A DNA stretch of 64,000 nucleotides from positions 40,681 to 104,680 of the IMG/VR virus record IMGVR_UViG_3300037258_000147. One strand, written 5' to 3'. Both the position numbers and the translations under genes were made by a program. Below are positions 1-10,040 of this stretch, piece after piece. The number at the start of each line of letters is the position of its first letter. Within the stretch, counting starts at the first letter, position 1. Origin of the DNA: a virus. A model generated the notes under the pieces. The model was not told where the DNA came from. It made no database searches and saw only the letters and a list, made by a program, of their open reading frames with translations.

Positions 1-432
1 AACCCACTGGTAGGTGTCTACGTGGTCCGAGAAACTTTTAGCTCCTCCACGCGGCCAAAGCAAGACTCTGGTTTTTACGGGACTAAGTTTCTCAATAGAG
101 ACAGCGGGGTCTTTCTTGACATATAGGTCCCAAATGGAGTCGTATTGCGGGTCTAAAAATATGTTTTTCTCTATCGGTAGAATTCCACCGTCAGAAGCCG
201 GAATAGCGTCCCAGAGGAAATAATGAGCTAACCACCGAATGTCGAATACGCAGCGCCTACGAACTTCTTTCCCCAAAGACGAGGTAGGTACAGTATCTGA
301 TCCTAATTTAGAAAGATTCACTAAATCTTGTTTTATTTCCAGAAGAAAGGAGTATAGAATATCGTTTGGGATATTCTCTTTACTTCCATATTGATCCTGG
401 AGTGAGTCGAATCTATCTCGATTACCTGACAT
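1..432 (-). CDS. terL: Terminase large subunit, N-terminal part (runs off window)
   Basis: Own translation from ATG at 432: MSGNRDRF...RRRCVFDIRWLAHYFLW...KTRVLLWPRGGAKS, a terminase-type Walker A (PRGxxKS); not in the ORF track because the stop is outside the window. Confidence 0.7.
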   Translation of the reverse strand, partial: MSGNRDRFDSLQDQYGSKENIPNDILYSFLLEIKQDLVNLSKLGSDTVPTSSLGKEVRRRCVFDIRWLAHYFLWDAIPASDGGILPIEKNIFLDPQYDSIWDLYVKKDPAVSIEKLSPVKTRVLLWPRGGAKSFSDHVDTYQWV

Positions 433-442
433 AAACCGTCCA

Positions 443-709
443 TTAATTGGACAAATCGTCCTTGTCTTCCGGAGACCAGTATCGGCAACAGCCTTTTATC
501 GGGTCTATAATCTTGAACCCGGTTTTCTTGTCCGAAGGAACTTGCTTGTCTTTTGCGACTATCTTCTGTCGGCAAAGATTTTTTCCTGTTAAATACTCGC
601 AAGTTCCGCAGTGAATTCTGAGAGGGGTCTCGATATATTCAGATACACGAGTTCCTTCTCCGTGGGGTTCGGATTTACCCATCGCGGTTTTGGCTCTTGA
701 GTCCGTCAT
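443..709 (-). CDS. Hypothetical Cys-containing protein
   Basis: 88 aa, CGTC/CC motifs, TAATG coupling with upstream ORF. Confidence 0.6.
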   Translation of the reverse strand: MTDSRAKTAMGKSEPHGEGTRVSEYIETPLRIHCGTCEYLTGKNLCRQKIVAKDKQVPSDKKTGFKIIDPIKGCCRYWSPEDKDDLSN

Positions 710-879
710 TACTTTATTTTCTTTTCCAAAGCCAATCCGTGCATGTCAATTAGTGGAGATTCTTTTCCGTCTCCGTGAAAGCAGTGACCATACCCAGCCT
801 CGGTAAGTTTATCGTAAATCTCGTAGTAGGTTTCTTCGGAGACTGGCAGAGTTACGTAGGTGTAAGTGGAGGTAAGCAT
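709..879 (-). CDS. Small hypothetical protein (56 aa)
   Basis: Own translation MLTSTYTYVTLPVSEETYYEIYDKL...; TAATG overlaps at both ends. Confidence 0.6.
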   Translation of the reverse strand: MLTSTYTYVTLPVSEETYYEIYDKLTEAGYGHCFHGDGKESPLIDMHGLALEKKIK

Positions 880-1061
880 TACTTTTTTCGTTTCCGGGAC
901 TGGCCCGATTCGGACAGGGCGACTGCGATCGCCTGCTTGGGGTTTGTTACTTTCGGTCCTTTTTTAGAACCTGAATGTAGAGACCCGCTCTTAAACTCAT
1001 CCATTACCGTTTTTACGGCAGCGCGTTTTCCAGATTTTGTAGTAGGCTTTTTGTCAGGCAT
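879..1061 (-). CDS. DUF6496-like small basic protein
   Basis: VMDEFKSGSLHSGSKKGPKVTNPKQAIAVALSE pattern. Confidence 0.75.
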   Translation of the reverse strand: MPDKKPTTKSGKRAAVKTVMDEFKSGSLHSGSKKGPKVTNPKQAIAVALSESGQSRKRKK

Positions 1062-1231
1062 CTACCAACTCCTTAAGCAGTTGCTCACCATAAACAGCTT
1101 CGTTTTCTTTCTCGGATGCTATTGCAAGATAGCCGTTTAGACGAGAGTTGTTCGCCGACATTCTATCTTGGCGAATCTTTCCAGTCAGGTAAAATCGAAA
1201 CCGCTCGATAACGTCTGGTGTCATATTTCCT

Positions 1232-1951
1232 TTAAAATATCGCGGCGGAAATTTTAGCTCCCGCTGCTAGAAACGGATTAGCTATATTCCACGTTCTTAC
1301 AAAAGGATTCTTACTAGGGTGCAAATAAGTATAGGTTGCTTTGGTTTCTACTTGATCTCCAGTTTGGAGCATATGCTCCCCAGTTCCGGATATGGCTACA
1401 AAGTTTTTGCTTAACGGGCCGAGGTTATCCACAAAATCCGAAACCGCTTGTTTCTTTAACAAAGTATTTACGTTTGTTCCAATTTCCGTGTACTGGCTGA
1501 CCATCGGATTTACTCTACCTAGCATCCCGTGAAAATCATCAAAAATTGTTTCTTCTTGGGAGTCTAATACGGACAGGTTTTTGTCTTCGTGATTAGCAGC
1601 AATTTCTAACTGTCCGGCAGTTAATCTAAAAGTCCCTAGAGTTTTATTTACATCAGCCAAAGTTCCGCAAGGGCCGGGTACGCAATTCCGATTAATGGAT
1701 TGTAATGTGGTGTTAATTCCAACTGAGGTGCCCCCAAGTTTTTCGGAAGCACTGGACAAGGACCGCGAGGTTTTGCTGACCGCTGTATCTAGGTTGTTTA
1801 AACTCTTGGTAGTCTGGACCAAAACCGTGGATGCTTGGTTCCCTAAATTCTTAATAGCCCGAGTCGTAGTCCATAAGAAATACGACCCGAATCCTAGAAA
1901 TATAACTAGAGACAAGCAACAAACGATTTTGGACCAGTACAGGAGTTTCAT
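1232..1951 (-). CDS. Membrane-anchored helical protein (possible lysis accessory)
   Basis: N-terminal TM segment followed by a helical body. Confidence 0.6.
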   Translation of the reverse strand: MKLLYWSKIVCCLSLVIFLGFGSYFLWTTTRAIKNLGNQASTVLVQTTKSLNNLDTAVSKTSRSLSSASEKLGGTSVGINTTLQSINRNCVPGPCGTLADVNKTLGTFRLTAGQLEIAANHEDKNLSVLDSQEETIFDDFHGMLGRVNPMVSQYTEIGTNVNTLLKKQAVSDFVDNLGPLSKNFVAISGTGEHMLQTGDQVETKATYTYLHPSKNPFVRTWNIANPFLAAGAKISAAIF

Positions 1952-1960
1952 AGTTCCAAA

Positions 1961-2341
1961 CTACGAGATTTGTCCGGACAAGGCGTTCAGGAAGGATACG
2001 ATTCCGTTGGCTCCTGCTTGAATCTGAGCAGCAGTTGGAGTAGGGAGTTTATTCTGCTGTGCATACGCAAGTGCGGTTGGGGTGACTGCGGCGATTACTG
2101 CGGCCAGTTTCTGAGTTCCCGTGCCGTTCTGTTGTGCGGCTCCAGCAGCCAAAGCTTCCGTCTTTAGGGACTCGGTGATATAGGTGTTAGCAAGATTTAC
2201 AAGACCAGTGATTTCTGGGAACGCAGTTTCTGCCACACTTTCTCCTGCGGTAATAAGGGCCTGCCCTTGCGGGCTGCCGACATACGCGAATACTTTCTTC
2301 ACATCCGCGCCAATAGTTTCTAGTACGCTCTTAAAACTCAT
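1961..2341 (-). CDS. Holin-like/membrane-associated protein
   Basis: 126 aa, EALA...GTQKLAAV pattern reminiscent of LL-H-type holins; context. Confidence 0.45.
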   Translation of the reverse strand: MSFKSVLETIGADVKKVFAYVGSPQGQALITAGESVAETAFPEITGLVNLANTYITESLKTEALAAGAAQQNGTGTQKLAAVIAAVTPTALAYAQQNKLPTPTAAQIQAGANGIVSFLNALSGQIS

Positions 2342-2601
2342 TTTGTTGCTCCTTGGGGTTGGGCCGGGGGTACCGGCAAAATAGGATTTGAATTATTCCT
2401 CGATATTGGAAGTGCTGTTTGAACCGAATCCCGAATCCAAGTCCATAATTCCTGCGGGGACTTAGGAATGCTAGGAGGCATATTTTTGGCTATAGACAAG
2501 CCTCCCGCGATGGCTCCAGTTCCGTATGCCTCGGAATGTCGAGTGACATGGCCTCCAATAGTGGACCAGAAGTCGCAAAAGAATTTCCAAAAACAGTCCA
2601 T
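2338..2601 (-). CDS. Hypothetical small membrane protein
   Basis: 87 aa, ATGA overlap with downstream gene. Confidence 0.55.
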   Translation of the reverse strand: MDCFWKFFCDFWSTIGGHVTRHSEAYGTGAIAGGLSIAKNMPPSIPKSPQELWTWIRDSVQTALPISRNNSNPILPVPPAQPQGATK

Positions 2602-2602
2602 T

Positions 2603-2884
2603 TTACATTCCTGCGGGAAGTGCTTGGGCTTGGGCAGGTTCTGGCGGAGCCGCTGCGGGTGCCGCGCCCTGATCTCCCATTGTTTGGTCTAGGTGATCGT
2701 GCAAACTGTTCATATCGGGGACTACATGCTGCTCTGTTTCGGGCATACTGCCGTCTTCTTCGGGGGAGAAGTGGTGGTGAGCAATGAATCCTCCCGATTT
2801 TCCGCGATGAATTTCTAGGTGATGCGGCTTTTTGCCGGATTTACTTTTCGACTTTTTTCCGCCCATGGCAGACTTGGCTCTCAT
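2603..2884 (-). CDS. Hypothetical protein (basic N-terminus, His-rich)
   Basis: 93 aa; shares RAKxAMG N-terminal motif with 443..709. Confidence 0.65.
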   Translation of the reverse strand: MRAKSAMGGKKSKSKSGKKPHHLEIHRGKSGGFIAHHHFSPEEDGSMPETEQHVVPDMNSLHDHLDQTMGDQGAAPAAAPPEPAQAQALPAGM

Positions 2885-2986
2885 ATTTTTTCCTTGTCCA
2901 TTAAATGGACGATTAGATTGATTTTGTTAATTAACTGTCGCGCTCGCGAAGGTCGCGCCTTGTGCGTTGCTCACGGTTCCCCAAAC

Positions 2987-5230
2987 TCACTGTCCGGCGA
3001 GGAGCAACTGCGGCGGCGTGCTGCCCGTGCCACTCGTGGAGTCATTCTCAAACACCTTTTCGTCAAACTGCCGCACATCCGGCCAGAGCATCGTTCCAGT
3101 ACAAGAGCCCGGGTTTGAAGCAAGCGCATATTTGATCGTCGTCGTGGTCGAACCGGTCATAAACACTTCCGCTCCGGTAGCTGTCCCGGCTCCGCTGGTT
3201 GCGCAACTGCCTCCACTGATCTGGAGCGGGCCGATAATGTCGTTCGCATTGCCGGGGAGCCCGGAAACAGTCAGAGTCTCCGTTCCGCTGGTCCAGCTTG
3301 AGCCCGTGATGGTGTAGGAGTTCTGGTAGCTCGTGTCTACCGGTAGATGGTAGTAGGCCAGGGCCGCAGGGTTGTCATAGGCGAATCCATTGACGTGAGG
3401 GCCGCTAGTCACGTCAGGTCCAGCGGCGGGGAAAGGATTCGTCGTCGAACCGGAGCAAGAAGTCGGGAAAGTCGCCCAGCTTGTGCAAACCTTCCACCAC
3501 GAGAGGCCGGTCCCGCCGGAAGGATGGGCCGTAGCCGAGTTCATGAAGAACGATGCTGGAATGGTACCCGAACCTCCGCAGACCGCTGGTGTGGAGGGGA
3601 CCGAGTTTTCAAACGGCACCGCGTTCCCGCTCAAAGTTACGGGGACCTCGCTCGACTGGCACCGCACCGCATTGTTGACCGTATCGTAGTTGGCCCAGCG
3701 CATCAGGCTTGTGGGCGTCAACGTGTCGCCAGGACCATGATTCACGCGGAAGATTGCGCCGTCGGACGTGCCCTGATACACGGTGCATTGTTGCCCATTT
3801 GTATTGCCGAGCGCATTCGCAACGGCATTGTCGAAGCGGTGAAACGAGTCGAACGAAAGGCCGTCTCCGGTGATTCCTGCGCTATGGATAAACGGTGGAT
3901 CGGTGCAGGAATCGTAGTTCCTAAAGAAAGTGTTCAGGTCGCCGGTGCCCCAGGTATCGTCGTCGTCGATCCAATTCATCTCGTTGCCTTCGTTGAGGAG
4001 GAAGGAAACGCCGGAATTGAAATTGTCATGCTGGTAGTCGGTGGACTGTACGTAGTTCGCCGTGACGTTCTGCGCGAAGTTGTACGCGATCACGTCTCCG
4101 GTCGATGCTCCGTGGCCCTCAAGAAACAGACCGTTTTCAGCCAGATTGTTGATGATGAGGCTGTCGGAATCGTTCCACAGCACCACTTGGAATCCATTGC
4201 CGGACATCGTGGCCGGGGCCGCACCGAAGAAATAGCTATTGGCCAGGAGATTGTTTTTTCCTGCGGTATTGTTCCCAACGATGAGTGCGGTGCCGTTACC
4301 GCCAACGAACCGCACGCCTTTAATCCAGGAAGCGTAGCCAACAAGCGCGGTAGTGGGGCTGACGATGGTCAGGTCTTCAAGTCCGCTGCCAAATCCGCTG
4401 GTGCCGCTCGACCAGTAGAGGACGGCGGTGTTGGACGTTGACCAGTTGGGAAGATAGATTCCTGGCGCGAAGCCGAGAGTGTACGAGCCCCCGCCGTTAT
4501 TGGTGACGGAGGTTATGACCACGACTTGCTTTTGTGAGGTCTGTTGGCCGCTCCCCGAACCGCTGCCGGAGATATTGCAGACACTCGACCCTCCGCAGAC
4601 AAAGACCGCGCCGTTGTCCGTGATTGATCCTGTCGGGCAGGAATTGAAGCCGGAAGTGTTCTGCGCGCTTCCGCTGAATCCAGAGTCGCATTGGTTGAAC
4701 CACGCCAGCGCGTGAACCACCGGAGTTGCGCCGGAAGCACTGGTTACCGTGACTGAAGTGGCACCGGCGGATGGGCTGGCGTTCAACGTACCGCCTCCAA
4801 TTGATCCATTGCCTCCAACGCTTAGAGTTCCACCGGATTGCGTCAGAATGGTGCTCATCGGACCTGACCCGCGCAGCGTTGTGTAAGCAGCGTTGACGCT
4901 GAAATTGGAGCTCATGGAGAATGCCCCGGCGGCCAGCAGCAGGTACGATCCTGTCGGATTTGCGGAGGCGCAGGCCGATAGCGCAGTGGCAATCGTTGAT
5001 GTCGAAGTCCCTGCCGCAACCGGTACGGTGATTCCCGCCTGAGCGGAAGTACAGGCTGGACGTGTTGGCGGAGTCCAGGGGTTAGGCGGCATCTCACCGT
5101 CAGGCAGCGAAGCGGGGAGGCCCGCCGATCCCCAATCGATTGCGCGCGCGGGAGCGATGATGCCCGACCATGATTGTGCGGGAACAAGCGAACTAGAAAA
5201 CAACAGGGCCAGAAGCACAATCTTCTTCAT
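2987..5230 (-). CDS. Secreted-type pectin-lyase-like beta-helix protein (putative depolymerase/adhesin)
   Basis: Signal peptide MKKIVLLALLFSSSLVPAQ; LxAG..F...TLRGSG..TIL beta-helix start; Asn-rich repeats. Confidence 0.7.
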   Translation of the reverse strand: MKKIVLLALLFSSSLVPAQSWSGIIAPARAIDWGSAGLPASLPDGEMPPNPWTPPTRPACTSAQAGITVPVAAGTSTSTIATALSACASANPTGSYLLLAAGAFSMSSNFSVNAAYTTLRGSGPMSTILTQSGGTLSVGGNGSIGGGTLNASPSAGATSVTVTSASGATPVVHALAWFNQCDSGFSGSAQNTSGFNSCPTGSITDNGAVFVCGGSSVCNISGSGSGSGQQTSQKQVVVITSVTNNGGGSYTLGFAPGIYLPNWSTSNTAVLYWSSGTSGFGSGLEDLTIVSPTTALVGYASWIKGVRFVGGNGTALIVGNNTAGKNNLLANSYFFGAAPATMSGNGFQVVLWNDSDSLIINNLAENGLFLEGHGASTGDVIAYNFAQNVTANYVQSTDYQHDNFNSGVSFLLNEGNEMNWIDDDDTWGTGDLNTFFRNYDSCTDPPFIHSAGITGDGLSFDSFHRFDNAVANALGNTNGQQCTVYQGTSDGAIFRVNHGPGDTLTPTSLMRWANYDTVNNAVRCQSSEVPVTLSGNAVPFENSVPSTPAVCGGSGTIPASFFMNSATAHPSGGTGLSWWKVCTSWATFPTSCSGSTTNPFPAAGPDVTSGPHVNGFAYDNPAALAYYHLPVDTSYQNSYTITGSSWTSGTETLTVSGLPGNANDIIGPLQISGGSCATSGAGTATGAEVFMTGSTTTTIKYALASNPGSCTGTMLWPDVRQFDEKVFENDSTSGTGSTPPQLLLAGQ

Positions 5231-5970
5231 TTGAACCCCGCCGCTGTTCCGGCAAATGATTGGAAGCCTGCGCCGATTTGACCGGTAATCGAAGTCTGCG
5301 TGCTGCTGAATATGAAATCCTCACAACCAGAATCGGTAGCTGTAGTCAGGGTTGCTCCAGAGACTCCTCGCAATGTCGCTGATGATGCGCCTATCGTGCC
5401 TGCCGTCCATGCGGCCCCTGATCCCGAAGCGCCTGCGCACACAATAACCAACTCCGCAGATGCGCCCGTGGAGAATGCTGGCGAGGTCCATTGCGAGGCT
5501 GCCGTGGCTTGGTAGCTTCCCGTTTGAACGTCGAAAGAGGGCGAGCCAGCGACGGTGTAGTGCAGCACGACCAGGCTTGAAAATGTTCCCGCGCCGGTCG
5601 CGCAACTAAAGGTTGTGCTGCCTGTTGAAGTCATCCTACTCCAGGCACCTTGCAACGTTCCCGGACCACCACCCGTAGCTTGCGGCGTTAACGTATTCCA
5701 TGTAGAGGACGGCGAACTGGTGAAGGTGAAGGAAGCGACAGCCCCAAAGGTTCGACAATACTGATATACGAAGTCTCCGGCGGTAACAGAAAGGGCCGGG
5801 CTGGTTATGGTGCCTCCGCCCGCCACTTCATCCACAAAAGTGTAGTTGACAAAAGTGTAGGTCGCACCGCCGCCGCCAGTCGCTTGGGGGACGAACGGGA
5901 ACGGCATCACCGGAGACTGTGCCGCGCACGATGCACAGAGGACGAGCAGAGCCAGCATCACTTTGCTCAT
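5227..5970 (-). CDS. Signal-peptide-bearing beta-rich fibre-associated protein
   Basis: Likely start MSKVMLALLVLCASCAAQ at 5970 (ATGA overlap); Thr/Ser/Gly-rich. Confidence 0.7.
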   Translation of the reverse strand: MSKVMLALLVLCASCAAQSPVMPFPFVPQATGGGGATYTFVNYTFVDEVAGGGTITSPALSVTAGDFVYQYCRTFGAVASFTFTSSPSSTWNTLTPQATGGGPGTLQGAWSRMTSTGSTTFSCATGAGTFSSLVVLHYTVAGSPSFDVQTGSYQATAASQWTSPAFSTGASAELVIVCAGASGSGAAWTAGTIGASSATLRGVSGATLTTATDSGCEDFIFSSTQTSITGQIGAGFQSFAGTAAGFK

Positions 5971-8300
5971 CGCACCACTCTCCAGTTGAGTGTCAAGGCT
6001 CCGGGCGTGATCGATGCGGAAGTAGAATTGCAGACTTTGAAATTGACGTTGCCAGAAGTCGGATACGGATAGATACTCAAGACCGCACCCGTAGATGACG
6101 CGCCGTAGCCCGTCACTGCCGTGGGGTCGCCGTTGAAGCCCACTGTGATGGTATCCGTGGTCGCCACGCCGGTTGCCGAGACCGTGACTACTGTTTCGCA
6201 AGCTCCAGAGGCTACCGCGCCGGTGTTCATGGCGGCTGTCCCGCTGGCTATCAGCACGCCGAACGCGCCCGCCGTTCCTGTGTTAACGGCAAGCGCCGTA
6301 GCAACGCCAGTGCCGAGACCCGTAACCGCGCTCAGCGGAGCCGCCGCAACTGTCGTGGCGCACGAACCTGCGGAAGTGGTCACGTTGCCGGTAAGTGCGG
6401 GCTGTTGCGCGCACGGCACTGTGCCGCTGTTGATCTGTGCACCGGAAATGCTCTTGTTGGTCAGCGTCTGCGTGTCGCTCGTGCCGACAATCGCTCCCGA
6501 TGGTGCAGACTTCCCGGCGAGCGTGCTTGCATTGCCCCACGCCGCGTTAAAGTTGGTCCCGTCGGTCAGGATAGTGAAGCTGGCAGGACCGAGAACTGTT
6601 GAAGGTCCGTTGTACGTCACCGTCCCGCTAGTGACGGTCAGTGTGCTGCCGCTGGTAACCTGAAAACTCATGATCCCGCCTGTGCACACAGCAGAAGGCA
6701 GCGTCACCGTCACGCTTGCGGTCACGTAGTAGGAGTTCCCCGCGCAGGATGCGGAGAACGAAGTCCCTTCCGTAGTCTGGTTTGTGTTCGCAGCAGCCGC
6801 GCCCATGTCGCCGAGAGCCTGCGTGGGCGTGCGGTACTGAATCAGGTGGAGCGTCGAAGTCGATTCGGCAAACTCCGGGGTTGTAGTTGTGCCAGAGCCG
6901 TCGCTGACATTGCCGCTGCCGCTGGCGTTTGCCAGTACGAACGCATCGGTCGCCAACTTGGTCGTGTTGTCGCCCACGGTTTGCGTAGTCGCCGCCGTGC
7001 CGTTCGGCAGCGCGGGTGTGCCGCTCAAGTTCGAGGCAGTCCCGCCCACGTTGCACGATGTGCAAGTTCCCGTAAGATTAGTAATAACTCCAGATGTTGG
7101 GGTTCCGAGCAACGGGCTAACTAAAGTAGGCGAGGTTGCAAATACTGCCGCACCCGAACCGGTTTCATCAGTCAAGGCACTTGCTAAATTCGCGCTGGAA
7201 GGTGTTGCTAGGAAGGTAGCGACTCCAGTTCCTAATCCAGTAATTCCAGATACCGGAACACTAGTAGCTGCAATAGTTCCGCTTCCGGATACCCCAAGAG
7301 AAGCCCCAGTTCCAACCACCATCGCAGCGGTAGTATTAGTGCTGCTGGTAAGAGCAGAGAAAGCCGAAGAACCAGAACCGCAAGACCCCCAAGTTGGAGT
7401 AGCAGCAGGACCTGCTGAAAGAAAACAATTCCCTAATGTTCCAGCAGAACCGGCTACCTCTAAAGGAGAAGTAGTTCCAGAAAGATTTATCCCAGCAGAA
7501 TAAGTATTTAGTGCGCTGAATGTCTGGGCAATTCCCAAGCCTGCTACTGTAGCACTAGTAGCCGGGAACGTCATTGTAGTAGCGTCTGTTCCGGCAAAAG
7601 TAAGGCTGTTACTTATAGTAAGGGTCTTGGAAGTAGTTCCGCCAGCAACCGAAAACCCTGTTGCGCGCGCAGTGAAAGTCAAACCATTTACGGTAGACGG
7701 AGTAATCGCCCCGAGGGTGATAGTTAGATTAGGAGTCGTTCCTCCAGAAGAAGTACCAGACACTCCGTTTGCTGTGGCTACCCCAATTGCTGTTACTGTC
7801 CCGGTTCCCGGGGCTCCGCCGTCTGTCAACGTGCAAGTAGAACCAGATACTGTACAGGTAACGACGTGGCCGTTTGTCGGAACCGTAACGAAACCTAAAA
7901 TTGTGTTTGAAGTAGTAGCAGCACTTCCCCAAATCGTATGGGCTGCGGAACCCCCGTTAGCTGTCTGAAGAGTTCCCGCACTTGTTCCGTCGATTCCTAA
8001 AACTGGGGTAAATGTTAATGCTGGGGTTGCTCCGGCCATAATCTGACCAACAGAACCTGCAAGGTCTAGCGTAGTCGCGCCCGCACTTCCCCCAACCGCA
8101 ATAGTAGAATGGGGAGAAGTAATCGCATCTCCGCCGCCGCTGCTACTAAACGTAAAGGTCTGCCCCGATTGACTAACTCCCGTGCCGTTAAAGATATACG
8201 GGGGCGGAACTCCGTTGATCGTAGGAGATGGAGTCTGCGCACTCGTCCATTTTATGGACAAAAAAGCGAGCGCGATAAATAATAGATTTCTTGCTTTCAC
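5967..8300 (-). CDS. Gly/Ser/Thr-rich tail-fibre-like protein with signal peptide
   Basis: Fibre-type repeats TGLGTGVATFLATPSSANLASALTDETGSGAAVFATSPTL, DNTTKLAT, QTLTNKSI. Confidence 0.75.
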   Translation of the reverse strand: MKARNLLFIALAFLSIKWTSAQTPSPTINGVPPPYIFNGTGVSQSGQTFTFSSSGGGDAITSPHSTIAVGGSAGATTLDLAGSVGQIMAGATPALTFTPVLGIDGTSAGTLQTANGGSAAHTIWGSAATTSNTILGFVTVPTNGHVVTCTVSGSTCTLTDGGAPGTGTVTAIGVATANGVSGTSSGGTTPNLTITLGAITPSTVNGLTFTARATGFSVAGGTTSKTLTISNSLTFAGTDATTMTFPATSATVAGLGIAQTFSALNTYSAGINLSGTTSPLEVAGSAGTLGNCFLSAGPAATPTWGSCGSGSSAFSALTSSTNTTAAMVVGTGASLGVSGSGTIAATSVPVSGITGLGTGVATFLATPSSANLASALTDETGSGAAVFATSPTLVSPLLGTPTSGVITNLTGTCTSCNVGGTASNLSGTPALPNGTAATTQTVGDNTTKLATDAFVLANASGSGNVSDGSGTTTTPEFAESTSTLHLIQYRTPTQALGDMGAAAANTNQTTEGTSFSASCAGNSYYVTASVTVTLPSAVCTGGIMSFQVTSGSTLTVTSGTVTYNGPSTVLGPASFTILTDGTNFNAAWGNASTLAGKSAPSGAIVGTSDTQTLTNKSISGAQINSGTVPCAQQPALTGNVTTSAGSCATTVAAAPLSAVTGLGTGVATALAVNTGTAGAFGVLIASGTAAMNTGAVASGACETVVTVSATGVATTDTITVGFNGDPTAVTGYGASSTGAVLSIYPYPTSGNVNFKVCNSTSASITPGALTLNWRVVR

Positions 8301-8304
8301 TCAA

Positions 8305-8655
8305 TCACACTGTCCAGTAAAGATACAAAACGGTTCCAGTCGCAGTTAAACCTGTGACAGCGAAATCTCTCCAAGTAAAAGTTCCGAGCGGTTCTGTCGG
8401 TTCGTCCGAATATAAAATAGAGCGCGCGCCTACGGAGGCGGCCACGGGCAGCGGTGGGTACAAATTAATCGAATCGGATGGGGCCGTAATGGTTACAGTT
8501 CCAGCAGACGAGGCTCCGCCCGTCCCGACTACGAGAACTAATTTGTAGACACGAATTCCTGTGGTATACCCGGCATTTTTGACAGCCGTTATATTGCGCC
8601 ATGACGTGGTATCAGTATCCAGAGTCATGGGCTGGTTCAAAGGTTGGTTAGCCAA
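8305..8655 (-). CDS. Hypothetical virion-type protein
   Basis: 116 aa beta-rich, GAGG RBS. Confidence 0.65.
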   Translation of the reverse strand: MANQPLNQPMTLDTDTTSWRNITAVKNAGYTTGIRVYKLVLVVGTGGASSAGTVTITAPSDSINLYPPLPVAASVGARSILYSDEPTEPLGTFTWRDFAVTGLTATGTVLYLYWTV

Positions 8656-8664
8656 GGTTACCTC

Positions 8665-8874
8665 TTATAAATCAAAATGATGGCGGATAGCTTGCTTCAG
8701 TTTGGATATAACCGCCTGAAAGTGTACCTGAAGACGCGGCTCAGCCAAATCTCTGGCAACCAACAGATCGCCGAGCCAGTCTTTTAATTCTTGTTCTACG
8801 TCGGAGAGAATAAGGGTTCGGTCCCAAGCCCATAGACAGGCTAAAAGTGCTATGACTAAAAATACGAGCCACAT
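8665..8874 (-). CDS. Small membrane protein
   Basis: N-terminal hydrophobic helix, GGAGG RBS. Confidence 0.6.
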   Translation of the reverse strand: MWLVFLVIALLACLWAWDRTLILSDVEQELKDWLGDLLVARDLAEPRLQVHFQAVISKLKQAIRHHFDL

Positions 8875-8898
8875 ATTCCCTCCGACGGTTGGGTTTAA

Positions 8899-9552
8899 TT
8901 ACAGACGGTTGATAACAAATTCGGTCAATGTTAGGGAAGCCCCAATAGTAGTAGCCCAAGTAAACGTCGGGAAGAAGTTTAGGTCGGACGATCCTACGGA
9001 AGTAATGCTGGCAGTCGTAATTGCTCCGGTTCTTGTTGCCCCGATGGAATAGAACACGGGAAGATTGGCCGAATTCAATTGCTGCGAAGCCGAATCCCAG
9101 ATAAGCTGAGTCGTGAAACTGAAATTGGTGGAAACGGAGGTACTAACCGTAGTTGCCCCAGCCGAAGATACACCATTAATTCCAGTACCGCTTGGACCGT
9201 GAGTCAACAACTGAGCATATGTTGAAGACGTAACTCCGCTGGTAAGAACCGCATTGGACGCCTGATACAGCTTAACGGTTAGTGTGCTGGTTCCCGCTGG
9301 TCCGGTTACTTTACCGGCAATCTTAACTTCAAACGGGTGACCATCAAATTCTCCGCCCGCAATATCAGGAGAAACTCCCTGCCACAAGACTACGGGGTAG
9401 GTTGAAGTTCCTAGGGGGAGAGTAGGAGAAGGAAGTCCCGGGTAGTATCCGGAAGTGTTAGGAGCAAGCAGTGCTGTTTCTGTCAGTCCGGAGTATTGAG
9501 ACAGCGGAACTGGGTAACTGTAAATGCCGACTACGGTGTCTTGGCGTGCCAT
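8899..9552 (-). CDS. Hypothetical virion-type protein
   Basis: Probable start MARQDTVVG at 9552; Ser/Thr-rich beta protein. Confidence 0.65.
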   Translation of the reverse strand: MARQDTVVGIYSYPVPLSQYSGLTETALLAPNTSGYYPGLPSPTLPLGTSTYPVVLWQGVSPDIAGGEFDGHPFEVKIAGKVTGPAGTSTLTVKLYQASNAVLTSGVTSSTYAQLLTHGPSGTGINGVSSAGATTVSTSVSTNFSFTTQLIWDSASQQLNSANLPVFYSIGATRTGAITTASITSVGSSDLNFFPTFTWATTIGASLTLTEFVINRL

Positions 9553-9715
9553 TTTTATTATCCTTTGTGGGGTTTTTGACCGACTTGAAGAAGGGGCTCG
9601 GCCTGCCCCACGGTGGTGCAAAACGCCCGCATACTGGGGGCTAATATTTTGTCCACAAAAATGGACAATGTTGTATTGCAAAACTCTAGTTTTAAGGGGG
9701 TTTTGTTATGGAAGA

Positions 9716-9790
9716 TGGAGCGAAGCAGGGGAATCCGACCCCTTTCTCTGGTTTGGAAGACCAGGGCAACAAGCAATATACCAGCTTCGC
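9716..9790 (-). tRNA. tRNA-Gly(TCC)
   Basis: GCGAAGC/GCTTCGC acceptor, CTGGT-CTTCCAA-ACCAG arm, CCA. Confidence 0.85.
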
Positions 9791-9794
9791 AAAT

Positions 9795-9872
9795 TGGTCC
9801 CCGAAGGGTGAATTGAACACCCGATCTTTCGATTATCGGTCGAATGCTTTAAGCCAACTAAGCTATTCGGGG
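9795..9872 (-). tRNA. tRNA-Ile(GAT)
   Basis: TTCGA-CCGATAA-TCGAA arm, cloverleaf, CCA. Confidence 0.85.
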
Positions 9873-9873
9873 A

Positions 9874-9951
9874 TGGTACCAGAGACTGGATTCGAACCAG
9901 TGAAATTTTCTTTGTAGGAGAAACGGTTTAGACCACTCACACCACTCTGGC
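9874..9951 (-). tRNA. tRNA-Val(TAC)
   Basis: TTTCT-CCTACAA-AGAAA arm, TTCGAAT loop, CCA. Confidence 0.85.
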
Positions 9952-9956
9952 AAATA

Positions 9957-10032
9957 TGGTGCTCTCGGCTAGGCTCGAACTAGCATATCCATTTACGGTA
10001 CTTACCTTCGGAGGGTAAGCCGATACGGGAGC
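9957..10032 (-). tRNA. D-armless tRNA-like gene, anticodon CCG (Arg)
   Basis: GCTCCCG-TATCGG-CTTACC-CTCCGAA-GGTAAG-16 nt-GCTAG-TTCGAGC-CTAGC-CGAGAGC-ACCA. Confidence 0.7.
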
Positions 10033-10040
10033 AAAATTTT

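Noticed and set aside
3347-7968. Long plus-strand ORFs (e.g. 3347..4441, 6889..7503)
   Set aside because: Antisense shadows of GC-rich minus-strand genes with no recognisable motifs
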